From positions 14,012,001-14,076,000 of the forward strand of contig JAWMAR010000008.1 in the NCBI GenBank assembly GCA_036785375.1: a stretch of DNA of 64,000 bases, read 5' to 3'. A program made the position numbers and the translations under genes. Source of the DNA: Leucoraja ocellata (lineage: Eukaryota). Below the pieces are notes generated by a model. That model was not told the origin of the DNA. It did not search any database and was given only the letters and a program-made list of their open reading frames with translations. Numbering within the stretch: the first letter of the stretch is position 1; every line of letters starts with the position of its first letter. Below, piece by piece: positions 24,480 through 36,479 of the stretch.

Positions 24480-27364
24480 AATTAAATTCTTAGAGCAGCT
24501 TGTATTGGAGCCGACCAGGGAGAAGGCAATTCTGGATTTAGTGTTATGTAATGAACCGGATTTGATAAAGGAACTTGAGGTTAATGAGCCATTAGGAGGT
24601 AGTGACCACAATATGGTCAGGTTTAATCAACAATTGGAGAGGGAGAAGGGTAGATCGAAGGTGTTAATGTTACTGTTGAATAAGGAGGACTATGGGGCCA
24701 TGAGGGAGGAGCTGGCCAAAGTTGACTGGAAAGATACCCTAGCAGGGATGACAGTGGAACAACAATGGCAGTTATTTCTAGGAATAATACAGAAGGTGCA
24801 GGATCAGTTCATTCCTAGGAGGAAGAAAGATTTCAAGGGGAGTAAGGACCGTGGCTGACAAGGGACGTCAGAGACAGTATTAAAATAAAAGAGAAGTACA
24901 ACGTAGCAAAGATGAATGGGAAGCAAGAGGATTGGGTAATGTTTAAAGAGCAACAGAATCAGATCAGAATCAGAATCACACTTTATTCGCCAAGTATGTT
25001 TTGCAACATACGAGGAATTTCATTAGCCAGGTCGGTCATACAATTAAAAGTAACAGATCACTTCAAAAACACATTTTAACATGAACATCCACCACAGTGA
25101 CTCCTACACATTCCTCACTGTGATGGAAGGATGAAATAAAGTTCAAGACCTTCCCCTTAGTTCTTCCTCGGTCGTGGGCCTCGAACCCCCATTGACGGGA
25201 TGATCTTAACTCCCGTAGCTGGCGGCGTTCGGTCCCTCTGCATCGAGGCGATCTGCTCCTGGATCCTGTATCCAAACCTCGCGTCGGGGCTGGTGAACGT
25301 TCCGTGACGTTGGAGCTCCCGACTAGCCTCACCCGAGACTGCGAGCCCTTGATGTTGATTCTGCGGTGGTTGCGATCCCAGGCAAGGGATCAGCTCCGAT
25401 GTTAAGTCCGCGCTCCGCGATAGGGCTCAAAGTCAGTCCAAGGAGGCTTCCAGCTTCATCGATGGTAGGCCGCAAAGCCCGGAGAATGTGAAAATTGATC
25501 ACATCTCCGGGAAGGTAAGAACCTGAAAAAAAGTTTCCCCCGATCCCCTCTCCCCTCCCCCCACATAAAACAAACTGAAGAACATTAAAACAAAGCTTTT
25601 AACAATAAAAAAATAACAAAAGAAAAAAAGGTAATACGGGGAGAAAAGATGAGGTACGAAGGTAAGCTAGCCAAGAATATAAATGAGGATAGTAAAAGCT
25701 TCTTTAAGTATGTGAAGAGGAAAAAATAGTTAAGACCAAAGTTGGACTCTTGAAGATCGAAAAGGGTGAATTTATTATGGGGAACAAGGCAATGGCAGAG
25801 GAGTTGAACAGTTACTCTGGATCCGTCTTCACTAAGGAGGACACAAACAATCTTCCTGATATAGTAGTGGCCAGAGGATCTGGGATGACGGAGGAACTGA
25901 AGGAAATCCACATTAGGCAGGAAATTGTGATGGGTAGACCGATGGGACTGAAGGCTGATAAATCCCCAGGGCCTGATGGTCTGCATCCTAGGTACTTAAG
26001 GAAGTGGCTCTAGAAATCATGGATGCATTGGTGATAATTTTCCAATGTTCTATAGACTCAGGATCAGTTCCTGTGGATTGAAGGATAGCTAATGTTATCC
26101 CACTTTTTAAGAAAGGCGGGAGAGACAAAACAGAATTATAGACCAGTTAGCCTGACATCGGTGGTGGGAAAGATGCTGGAGTCAATTATAAAGAGGAAGT
26201 AGTGTACCTAGATTTTCAGAAAGCCTTTGATAAGGTTTCACATAGGTGATTAGTGGGCAAAATTAGGGCACATGGTATTGGGGGTAGAGTGCCATCATGG
26301 ATAGAAAATTGGTTGGCAGACAGGAAACAAAGAGTAGGGATTAACGGGTCCCTTTCAGAATGGCAAGCAGTGACTAGTGGGGTACCACAAGGCTCGGTGC
26401 TGGAACCGCAGCTATTTACAATATACATCAATGATCTGGATGAAGGGATTCAAAGTAACATTAGCAAATTTGCAGATGACACAAAGCTGGGTGGCAGTGT
26501 GAACTGTGAGGAGGATGCTATGAGAATGCAGGGTGACTTGGACAGGTTGGGGGAGTGGGCAGATGCATGGCAGATGAAGTTTAATATGGGTAAATGTGAG
26601 GTTATCCACTTTGATATAAAAAACAGGAAGGCAGATTACTATCTAAATGGCATCAAGTTGGGAAAAGGGGAAGTACAATGGGATTTGGGGGTCCTTGTTC
26701 ATCAGTCTATGAAAGTAAGCATGCAAGTACAGCAGACCATGAAGAAAGCGAATGGCATGTTGGCCATTATAACACGAGGAGTTGAGTATAGGAGCAAAGA
26801 GTGAGACCACACCTGGAGTACTGTGTGCAGTTTTGGTCCCCTAATTTGAGGAAGGACATTCTTGCTATTGAGGGAGTGCAGCGTAGGTTTACAAGGTTAA
26901 TTCCCGGGATGGCAGGACTGTCATATGCTGAGAGAATGGAGCGGCTGGGCTTGTACACTGTGGAGTTTAGAAGGATGAGAGGGAATCTTATTGAAACATA
27001 TAAGATTGTTAAGGGTTTGCACACGCTAGAGGCAGGAAACATGTTCCCGGTGTTGGGGGTGTCCAGAACCAGGGGTCACAGTTTAAGAATAAGGGGTAAG
27101 CCATTTAGAATGGAGACGAGGAAACACTTTTTCTCACAAAGAGTTTTGAGTCTGTGGAATTCTCTGCCTCAGGTCGGTGGAGGCCGGTTCTCTGGATACT
27201 TTCAAGAGAGAGCTAGATAGGGCTCTTAAAGATAGTGGAGTCAGGGGATATGGGGAGAAGGCAGGAACGGGGTACTGATTGGAGATGATCAGCCATGATC
27301 ACATTGAATGGCGGTGCTGGCTCGAAGGGCCGAATGGCCTACTCCTGCACCTATTGTCTATTGT
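24480..27364 (+). mobile_element. Long 5'-truncated CR1 LINE (end of the endonuclease domain, RT, 3' UTR) with nested insertion and internal deletions
   Basis: [65 protein letters not shown] and RPHLEYCVQFWSP. Tail ctattgtctattgtc. Confidence 0.96.
24955..25622 (-). mobile_element. Non-coding GC-rich retroposon with Rex1-like 3' tail, nested in CR1
   Basis: Minus strand ends in hairpin GTATGTT-gcaa-AACATAC, AATAAA and (GATTCT)n. It interrupts the CR1 ORF2 between KEQQ and KK.IRGEKMRYEGKL. Confidence 0.75.
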
Positions 27365-27365
27365 C

Positions 27366-27445
27366 GGGGCTGTCCCACTTGGGCGACCTAATTGGCGAGT
27401 TTAGAAGAGTTTGAAAAAATGACATGTTGAAGACCTCCTTCGACG
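27366..27445. mobile_element. Truncated PIF/Harbinger-like MITE end
   Basis: Begins ggggctgtcccacttgggcgacc, a GGG..TGTCCCACT-type terminus recalled from Harbinger MITEs. No partner end seen. Confidence 0.4.
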
Positions 27446-27979
27446 TTGTTAAGATCAATGATTCAATCTCCTCACCAATGGGCTTAACAGTTAATTGTCA
27501 CATTTTAATTAAATAGAAGATAATGGGGAAACATTGGTTATTGAATGAAAGTCTCTCATTTAAGTTATAAGATGCAATAACAAAACTTGAACAGTTTATA
27601 ATACTAAAATGAGGCTAAGATTCAAAAACCTGTTTAGGAATTATTTTAGGGTGATTTTTTACGTTATGATGTACACACAAAGGCATAATGTTACTTGATT
27701 ATGTGTCTTATTTTTGAACCAACAGCCATTATTTTATTCTATTGGTAATACTGTGTGCTTCAGAATAAAGTTTAACTTTGATTATTCTTGCACACTGACT
27801 TAAGATGGTTGGAAGCAATGGCATTGAGACAGACTAAATTCAGAAATGAAATTTACATAAAATTTGGTGATTTTGTATAACACAATCTTCTTCAACAAAG
27901 CATTAACTAACAATTTTCCAGTGGCTTGAAAGATGAATGAAAAGGGCAAGATCCTGAGAAATAACGCAGTGGATTCTAG

Positions 27980-29022
27980 TAGCAATGTTACAAAATGTTG
28001 AGATTTTAAAAATCGTCTGCAATTTATCCCATCAGATAAAGCATAAAAAGAAGTTTAATTTGACAACTAATGCACTTTCATATCTTCAGTATTAAATAAG
28101 TTATGGCCATTTTCATACTCGGAAATTAGCATCTTGTTCCCTATTGATTTTCCATTGACTTAACACAAAAGCTGTGATCGAGGACAGTCTAAAGCCCATA
28201 ACTTTATTAAAAATTAAGAGAACTGAAATAAATTTTCAGTTATTATAGATTGAAGCATTCTGAAACAAATATTAAACAATCTTACTTGGATGACCTATTT
28301 TTTTAAGCATATAATTAGTTAGTTACCCAATTGTAGCTAATTACAAAATTCAATTACCAGATCTAAACATCTATCCATTTCTTAAGGAAAGATTAATATT
28401 TTTAAATAACCTAAGTGTCCAAAGAACATTCACACAAGAATTCACAATAAAACATGATTTTTAAATCTCATTGACATTAATTTATAGGCCAAATGGAAGG
28501 GATTTAGTGTTCAATTGCTGTAAATTAATGGCCATTTAAATCAGCTTACCAGTGGGATTCTGTGGAACGCGCTGGTTTAGAACGCTGCCATTGCGGTGAA
28601 TTTGTACCCCATGTCGGTATGAAAGATACTGCGGGATTGAATGGGCCCCCAAGTCAGCTACTCGCAACATAAATTTTTGTATAAAGGGATCTTAAGAAGC
28701 CCTTTTTAATGTAAAAATAAACAACCTACCTTGCGTTGTCCCCTACATGAGATCCATCCCGTTGTCGGGGTTCGCGGCTTTAGAGGATGCTTTTTAATCT
28801 ACTATAACAATTAAATAACCCAATTTAGTTTAAAAATACCTGCAGTGAACGAATTTCGCAGCGATTTTTCGTCAGCAAGTAAGTAGGCTGAACAACATCG
28901 ATTTCAACAGCCTAGAGAAAATCGCGTTTTAAACCCGCCCCCCTCTCAAAGGCGCCAAAGTCGCGCACACGGGCAGCGGCAGAACTGCTGCGCCGCTGAA
29001 GGTAAGTTTTGCAACATACCTA
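27980..29022. mobile_element. Non-autonomous TIR DNA transposon, 1043 bp, 7-bp TSD (P-superfamily-like)
   Basis: Left TIR TAGCAATGTTACAAAA versus right TIR (reverse complement) TAGGTATGTTGCAAAA, 13/16 identical. Perfect direct repeat ATTCTAG at 27973-27979 and 29023-29029. No transposase ORF. Confidence 0.85.
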
Positions 29023-29348
29023 ATTCTAGCATCTCATTCCATCCAGGCATTTCATTACAAGAGGTAGTTTCAAAGGATAGCCTAGTCTCCCATCTCCCAT
29101 TGTTACTGATGCTTGCATAATTCATCATCGTATGTTGCAGCTAATATCTATTGCCTTCTGGATTCTTTATGGTGTTTTCAAATGAAAGTCTTTCAAAGAG
29201 AGAAAAATGAATACGTTCAAAGGATGTTTTTTATATATTGACTCATTCGCCCAAACTCTGATGGCAGATGTTGATTTTTGAAATTGATTTCAGATAACCT
29301 AGCTTAAGAAAACAGTGTGCCTTGAAAGAACAGCTTTTTGGTAGGACA

Positions 29349-29660
29349 TTGGCACAGCAGGTGGAGCTGCTGCCTCACGATGCCAGAGACCCGTGTTCGA
29401 TCCTGACCTCTGGTGTTTTATGTGTGGAGTTTGCATGTTCTCCTGACCATGTGGGATTCCTCCTCGAGCTTCGGATATATCTCTCATCCCAGGACGTATG
29501 GCTTTGTAGGTTAACTGTCCTCTGTAAATTGCCCTTGGTGTGTAGGGAGTGAATGACAATGTGGGATAACATAAAACTAGTGTGAATAGGTGATCAATGG
29601 TCAGCGTGGACTCAGTGGGCCGAAGGGCCTGTTTCCATGTTGTATTTCTGAACTGAAAAC
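29349..29660 (+). mobile_element. Full-length V-SINE (HE1-like)
   Basis: Head tggcacagcaggtgg...gtgttcgatcc, V-core tgtgtggagtttgcatgttctcc, tail gggccgaagggcctgtttccatgttgtattt. Confidence 0.9.
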
Positions 29661-30972
29661 AAAATTAGATGTAGCATAACCTTTTGAGGCTGTAGTGTAG
29701 ATGAAATGCTTCCAATAGACCCTCCAGTAGCAGGAATAATGTCTTCACTGTAGTCTTCAGTGATAGCATGCTGAAGATCCCAGCTCTCAGGAGTTGCAGC
29801 ATACTGTAGTATTGCACATGTTAACATTTGCCCTCCAACCTACCTTGATGCAAGCTTTCTTAAATCTAGAACACTGTGACGAGAACAATTAAAATACAAA
29901 AGTGCTTTCAAGTTGCATGTTTGTTTGTACAAGCACTACCTGCCCCTCCTCCCCCCCCTCCCCTAAGTAAACAGTGGGTAATTTATGGTGACTTCCTAGT
30001 TTGGGTGTAAGTGAGGGAAATGAACTGATAAAACTGATTAATCCAATCCTTTGGCCCCTTTGTTAATTGAATAAAGATCAGTGGTGCCATTTCAAGAAAT
30101 GTCCTAACACCTTGTCCTTCTTGGGAATGAAGATGTGTAAAATTGCTAGATGTTGAAGACAAAAATGGTTGAACGACAGCATTTCAAATGGAACAAATCC
30201 AGGTTTACAGCACACATAACATAAAATTGTGTTCCATAAACATCACATTTGTATACAGGAGATCAACTCCATTTATGCAGTTGTTCCACTCATCTTAGAT
30301 CCAGGGCAAATAAACATGAGCGTCATCCTGTAAACATGAACTCCTCCGGCAAAGGCCCAGCCTCAGATACATGCTGCCTCGTAACATACCTAGATTACAG
30401 TGCACCGCAACACATGTCCAAAATGAATCATTATCCGGTTTGTACTGTCAGTTTTAAAAATGGATAAAAATCTGATTTTAATGACATGAGAGAAAATGCT
30501 GGAAATACTTAACAGACCTATAAGCATATGAAACCAAGACCGTTGATTGTTTCAGTTGGTATTTGTTGTTAATTATAACAAAGTGGGTTGAATCTAACTG
30601 TTAAAAAGATTCAAGTTGGTCTTGTGTAATTCTGTGGGAATGGGATGTGTAAACAGAATCCACCGCATATCAGATGCAGTGAAACTATCTGAGCAGATTT
30701 CTCAATGACTCGGTCAGGAATGTACTAAATTTGATGATAGATTTCCAACTGTGCCAGTTTGTTATCCAAAGCAAAGATGCATTTCCGGCCTTTTCCAGTT
30801 TTTGACTTATTTTTAAATAAGTATTTGCATTTTCTTTCCCTAATTGTTGAATCTCAGTGAATTGATAACGTGTGTACAACATTTTATTTCAAATTGGACC
30901 GTTTAAAGGCGTGTTTTCTTTTTATTGATGGATTAATTCTATATTTGTATCTCTTTCCCCCCCTCACTGAAG

Positions 30973-31017
30973 ACCTTACCTGTTTGGGGCAGGATGTTTT
31001 TCCCTAAAAGCTCCATG
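30973..31017 (+). CDS. BCAS3: BCAS3 45-nt symmetric cassette exon (phase 2 to 2)
   Basis: Acceptor tctctttccccccctcactgaag, donor TG|gtgagt. Encodes (G)PYLFGAGCFSLKAP(C), versus human GPYLFGAGCFSIKAPC. Frame is kept whether included or skipped. Confidence 0.95.
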
Positions 31018-31039
31018 GTGAGTTTCCAAAAACAATCCC

Positions 31040-31142
31040 AGCATGCCTGCACTGCATCCTTTGTACAGCATCGCTTGAGTTAATGAAGTCAATGTATCCC
31101 CCCCCCCCCATTAGTTCTTCCCTTGTATAAAGTATTTGCATG
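31040..31142 (+). promoter_or_regulatory. Candidate Rbfox intronic splicing enhancers downstream of the cassette exon
   Basis: GCATG at 31041-31045 (24 nt after the donor) and TGCATG at 31137-31142, with nearby YGCY motifs. Confidence 0.5.
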
Positions 31143-32339
31143 GGCTACTCGGTAAATGCAGGCACCAAAGAACCAGAAACAGCTGTAACTGTGATTGAAT
31201 AGTAATTCAAAATTGGAACAGAATGTGCAAATTACAAGAGGATACAGATGAAAATACAACAAAAGGTTCAAGCAGTCCCCTTTCATTTGCTTATTCTGGA
31301 AGTGGCCATTTTATAGTGCTTTTGATGTTAAATACAATTTATTGAAGCACATTTAATCCTGTGTTATACATCTGTATGGACCAATATTAAGTTGCCAAAG
31401 TTAGAAGATTACTTCCAATATAGAGTATAACATTTTCTGGTATCTTAATCTCAATATTTAACATGTATTTTTCCGAATTCTTCTATTATCTCCCCCACTT
31501 ACTTTCAGAAGTCCACATCATTCTGTGTAATACCTTGGAGGCTCAGGATATTGGCTCCAGACTTCCTCTGCAAGTTAATCCATTCACCACGTACAGCCAT
31601 TCTTTCTATTTTATACGGTTATTAATGGGGATGTCTTTGTTTTCCAGGTATAGTTTAGGTTTGATGCAGGGTGAGGTCCCTATTTATATGGCCTATTCAA
31701 TATTCCAAGAGCATGATCAGCATGGATTACATAATGTGACCCAGAAAACTCCCGAGTGTAGGTAAAACATGAGACAGATTCAAGTTGCCTCAAAATTGTC
31801 CCAACAAACACTCCGTCCTGATGGTGATGTGGTTGAACTTAATCTTGGGTCACCTGTTAAATATATGTCACTGTCACGTTTGCATGTTGTACTTGCATCC
31901 TGACATCAGAAGTAGAGTTCAATGCCACTCTGCCACGCATCCGCCATGAGACTGAGGACTAATGTCACCCTTAGTGACTCTTCTATACATATGGTTCCAC
32001 AAGTGTCTGCAGTCTTCTCTTACGTCATTTTATCTGAAAGTCTACTCAGGAAGTATTAGCAGATTATATGGCCATAAATGGCATTTTAACCAATCTTCAC
32101 AAGATATAACAGGCCTTTATCCCAAACTTAGTCAACTTATACTTCTACAGTACCAGTACATCCCTGGCGGAGGCTGTACAGTAGGACAACATGCATTATA
32201 TCTCCTATTTGGCTTGCTTTGCATCGGCTTCTGGTAATGACAGATGTCTGAGTTATTCACTCGCGAGTTATTCCTCCAGATGACAAATCCGTCAATGTCA
32301 ATCGGTATGGGATGAACTCAACAAATCAGATTGCTCCAT

Positions 32340-33230
32340 CACCCCTCTACCACAGAAGCCAATCTCCAGCCCATTTGAATCACTCTACAAAATATAGAGA
32401 ACAACTGTGTCCACTGAATACAGCAAAGGCTATGGCACCAGACAACATCCTATGTGTAGTGCCGAGGACCTGCATTCCAGAACCAGCTGTGCTTCGAGCA
32501 AAGCTATTCCAGTATATTTACCATAATGTCATGTTTTCTGCTTCCATAGCCTCTGCTGTTTTGAGTGCAATCAACAAGGTGGAATATTGCCCATCTATGA
32601 TACAAAAAGCAGGGCAAATCCACTCTGGCTAATTACTGCTTAAAAAGTCTATTTTCAATCATCACCACAATTGATATTGACAATGCTATCAAGTGACATT
32701 TACTCACCAATAACCTGCTCACCAATTCTCAGTTTAGGATTTCACCAAGACAATTTGGCTTCAGATTTTAACACATTCTTGATACAAACATGGATTGAAG
32801 AGCTGAATTGCAATACTGATGTGAGAGTGATTGTTCTTAAAATCAAGGCAGTGCTTGATTGAGTGTGGCATAAGGAGCCATGGTAAATCCAAAGTCAATG
32901 AGCACCAAAGAGAGAACACTCCAGTTGCTGGAGCCATTCCTATGCTAATAGAAAATGGTTGTGGTAGTCGGAGCCACAAGATATCACTACGGGAGTTTCT
33001 CAGTTTAGTGATCAAGGCCCAGCCATCATCAGCTGCTTCATCAATGACATTCCTTCTATCATCAGTGGGGATACGCAACCATCAGTGAGCAATTTTTGAT
33101 TCAATTTGCAAATCTTCAATAAAAGAATGACTCGCACCCCATAGGAAAGCCAGGCAATGACGATTCCCTAAATGAGGAAGCCTTGACATTCAATAACATT
33201 ACCATCCCCATGTCTCTCATCATCAATATC
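32340..33230 (+). mobile_element. Old CR1-clade LINE RT fragment
   Basis: KAMAPDNI..V.RTCIPEPAVLRAKLFQY and LGFHQ...LIQTWIEELN...VRVIVLKIKAVLD motifs. Confidence 0.75.
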
Positions 33231-33259
33231 CATTGGCCATAAGCACGCAAACAGAGACC

Positions 33260-33600
33260 TGATTAACTGCAAATGTAAGAAGTTCGACTAGAGAAATTCC
33301 AGCAAGCCTCAAAGGAAAAGGAATTGATCTACAGGCATCTGGAGGCAAAGATCCAACAGAGACTCGTAGCCAAATAGAGAGGCTGCATATGTAAAGAACA
33401 GAGGATGGCCAGCAACTTGATAACCATGGCACATGTGGATTCTTCAGTATTGTCTATGCCACCAACTGCCCAGGCACCCAAGGCCCACCTACTGAGAGCC
33501 AGGAATGGAGGAGAACCTAGGAAAGATAAGAGGTGCAGGAAGTGCTAAATAGAAGGGGCACTTAAAAGTGATTCCTTAAATATCATTCTGTCCTTGACAT
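33260..33600 (+). mobile_element. RTE LINE fragment (linker between endonuclease and RT)
   Basis: Decayed GFFS.V.A...PGTQGPP.LRARNGGE-like segment. Confidence 0.5.
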
Positions 33601-34039
33601 GAGTGATCGCCTTTACACAGCAAGTCACCATCATGACTGCAGAATTTCAAGAAGTTGGCTCAAAGGCAATTGGGGCAGGCCAATGAATGTTGCCCTTGGC
33701 AACACCAACATTCTGTTCATGTATAAAAATCGCTAATTTGACATAGCAATAGTTGGATTAGAATTAGCTCAACCTTCCATTTATCGTTTTACTCCCATAC
33801 TGTTTGGCTAACAGGTCACATTGACCACCTGTGGAACGCCTCTAATTTAGTGCTCAGCAGGTTTGGGTGCAAACCTATAATTTTGTTGCCAATACATGTC
33901 TTAGGCAAGGACAATGAACAGGTGACACACTGAAGCTACAGAACAGATGATCGGAGCACTTGCAGCATTCTGTTTTTGTTCATCCACAAATGCATCAAAA
34001 GAAACCAGGAGACTTTGTTAAATGATTTTAGATCATTAT

Positions 34040-34325
34040 CAATGTTTGTGCTAGCTTGCAAACTCAAGCTGTAACCTGAAAACTTGCCCATGCCGACCAA
34101 TACGCCTCATCCACACCAGTTCCACCTGTCCCTGTTTGAGACTCTTATCACTTTAAACCTTTCCTATCCATGTATTTGTCCAAATGTCTTTTAAATCTTG
34201 TTATAGTACTTGCTTCAACTACCTCCTCTGGCAGCTTGTTCCATTTACCCAGCAACTTGTGTGAAGAGGTTGCCCCTCAGGTTCCTATTAAGTCTTTCCC
34301 CTCTTACCTTAAATGTATGTCCTTG
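34040..34325 (-). mobile_element. CR1 3' fragment
   Basis: ccatgccgacca...ttcctatccatgtatttgtccaaatgtc...gttgcccctcaggttcc, similar to 63420-63925. Confidence 0.7.
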
Positions 34326-34792
34326 TGCTAGTTTCACTTATAAATTGAGATATTCATGAACAGATAGTAAATAAATAGTTGCAGGTTAAAAAAAAAACAC
34401 AAAATGGTTTCTGGTATTTGGTGCCGTCACTCATGAGCAGCTTAATCCTTTAAGTGATTGCCATTATTCCACCATTTAATTCTTTGCCGATATGTTTGAT
34501 TATTTTTAAGTCACTGCTTTCTCACATGCTATGAAGGAATGTGGATATAAAGTTCTGTTTCATGATCTTGACCTCGATGAAGATATTAAAAAAACTGCTA
34601 TCGTTTTTATACCACAGCTGCAAATGATAGAATGTGGCCAGATATTAACACATTTTATGATGTTGTTAAGATTTTTGCAGAATATCCGTTTTAGATGAAA
34701 CAAAAATCAAATGTATAAGGAAAACTACTCACTAAATGGAAAATGAGAGCATAAGAGCATAAGAGAGTTAAAACTATTATTTGGTATAATAT

Positions 34793-34941
34793 TTAAGAAA
34801 GAACTGCAGATGCTGGAAGAATCAAAGGTTGACAAAATTGCTGGAGAAACTCAGCGGGTGAGGAAGCATGTATGGAGCGGAGAAATAGGTGACGTTTCAG
34901 GTCAAGGTCTCGACCCAAAACGTCACCTATTCCTTCGCTCC
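34793..34941. mobile_element. Palindromic Penelope mini with 14-nt TSD
   Basis: aagaaagaactgcagatgctgg...gacgtttc..gacccaaaacgtcacctatt, flanked by atttggtataatat and atttggcataatat. Confidence 0.8.
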
Positions 34942-35469
34942 ATTTGGCATAATATAATATCTATAGGCGGAGCAAGAACTCAGGGTTTGAAAACAGCGAA
35001 TGACTGGATTATAGTTGGGCCCTTTAAATAAAGTCTGGTCTCACTGTAACAATCGGAGTAAATTAAAAAATACAAGACATCTACAATTCAGATCAACTAC
35101 TATAAAGAATACATTTGAAATGCTTTTAGTTTCAACTTTCTCAGCTATGTAAATTGACAAGATAAGCAAATCAAGTTTAAATGGTTGCTTATCTCTCAGT
35201 TTATCATTTTCTTTATGGGTGCTGTCTGCTGTGGGTTTCCAACCCTTTCTACTTTTGTTTTGAGTTTCTATCATTTACATTTTTAACTTTCATTTTTATC
35301 TGTTTTCTGTGAATTGATTGGATATAGACGTCAATTATTTTTGTCAATGATTGAAATTTTCCAAAATCAGCAACCTGTGGCCCATTCAAGGGAATGTAAT
35401 CTCCTGTACCTTAAAACTCAATTGTAATGTGTGACTTTCTGTGTGACCTTAAAAAAGGTAAACACTATG

Positions 35470-35740
35470 TAGTAAAGACATAAAGTCAAGAATAACTCAG
35501 CGGGTCAGGCAGCATCCCAGGAGAACATGGATTGGTGACTTTTGGGTTGGGACCCTTCATCGGATTGATTGTAGGAAGGGTGAAAGAAAGCCGGAAGAGA
35601 GAAGGGGCAACCCCCTCCCACAATCAGTCTGTCCCGACCCAAAACATCACATCATTCTCCAGGGATTTTGCCTGATCATCACTCCAGCACTTTATATCCT
35701 TTTTTTGTAAACCAGCATCTGCAGTTGCTTATTTCTACCA
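35470..35740. mobile_element. Palindromic Penelope mini
   Basis: aactcagcgggtcaggcagcatc ... ccagcatctgcagtt inverted arms. Confidence 0.7.
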
Positions 35741-36479
35741 TGTTGATACGCATGTATTGTGAATAATTTGCAAACGTCCACAGGGGAAGTTAAGCCAAGA
35801 GGAGCTGGTCAAATTTATTGGCGGAAAGAGGAGAAGGTTTGGCTGATGCTCTGTAAAACATTCATCTTAATAACTAAGAATTTGGCAAGGAACCTTATAT
35901 TTAGGGTGTATTCAATATCTTGCCATTTCATACAAAAAGGCCCGTAAATGCAATGTACAACATAATATATAATTTAAAAAAAATTCTATAAATTAATAAC
36001 CATAGTACAAGTGCAAAATCCGAATTCCTCAGTGCAACCAAAGACGAACCATAGAAGTTCATAGTTATTACATTGAAGAGGAGTTTTGATTTAGTCATTA
36101 AGTGTAGGGCTACCATCCAAAGTACAGGACTGTTCGTTGAAAGTAACAAGTTTGCTCCAAGATGGCTAAGAAACTTGTTTTAAAGTAATTAAGTCAGTCT
36201 TGAATTCAAGGCCTGCATTGGTAATGGCAATCTTGAAACAATCCCATTTGTGTGGAACTCATCTGCTTAATTGGATGGGATGGAAATCGGGCATGCTCGG
36301 TTTGATCAAAATGTGACTCCAGACACACAAATGTAATTTGTTCCACTGCTCTCATGTACATTATCGTGACCTATAGGCGTAAGTGGTGAGCGTCTCAACA
36401 GAGCCAAACTAAATTCCTGGAAGAAAATCCATTTCCCCTGAATTATGTGAAAGGAAATCACTTGACAAGTTCTAAAATT

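Noticed and set aside
24994-29019. 17/18-nt match between the Rex-type tail hairpin (24994-25011) and the right end of the TIR element (29002-29019)
   Set aside because: A match of this length is roughly expected by chance among all position pairs in 64 kb, and the similarity does not extend.
29349-29410. tRNA gene
   Set aside because: This is the tRNA-derived head of a V-SINE. It runs into the V-core and forms no complete cloverleaf. The same holds at 1595 and 59885.
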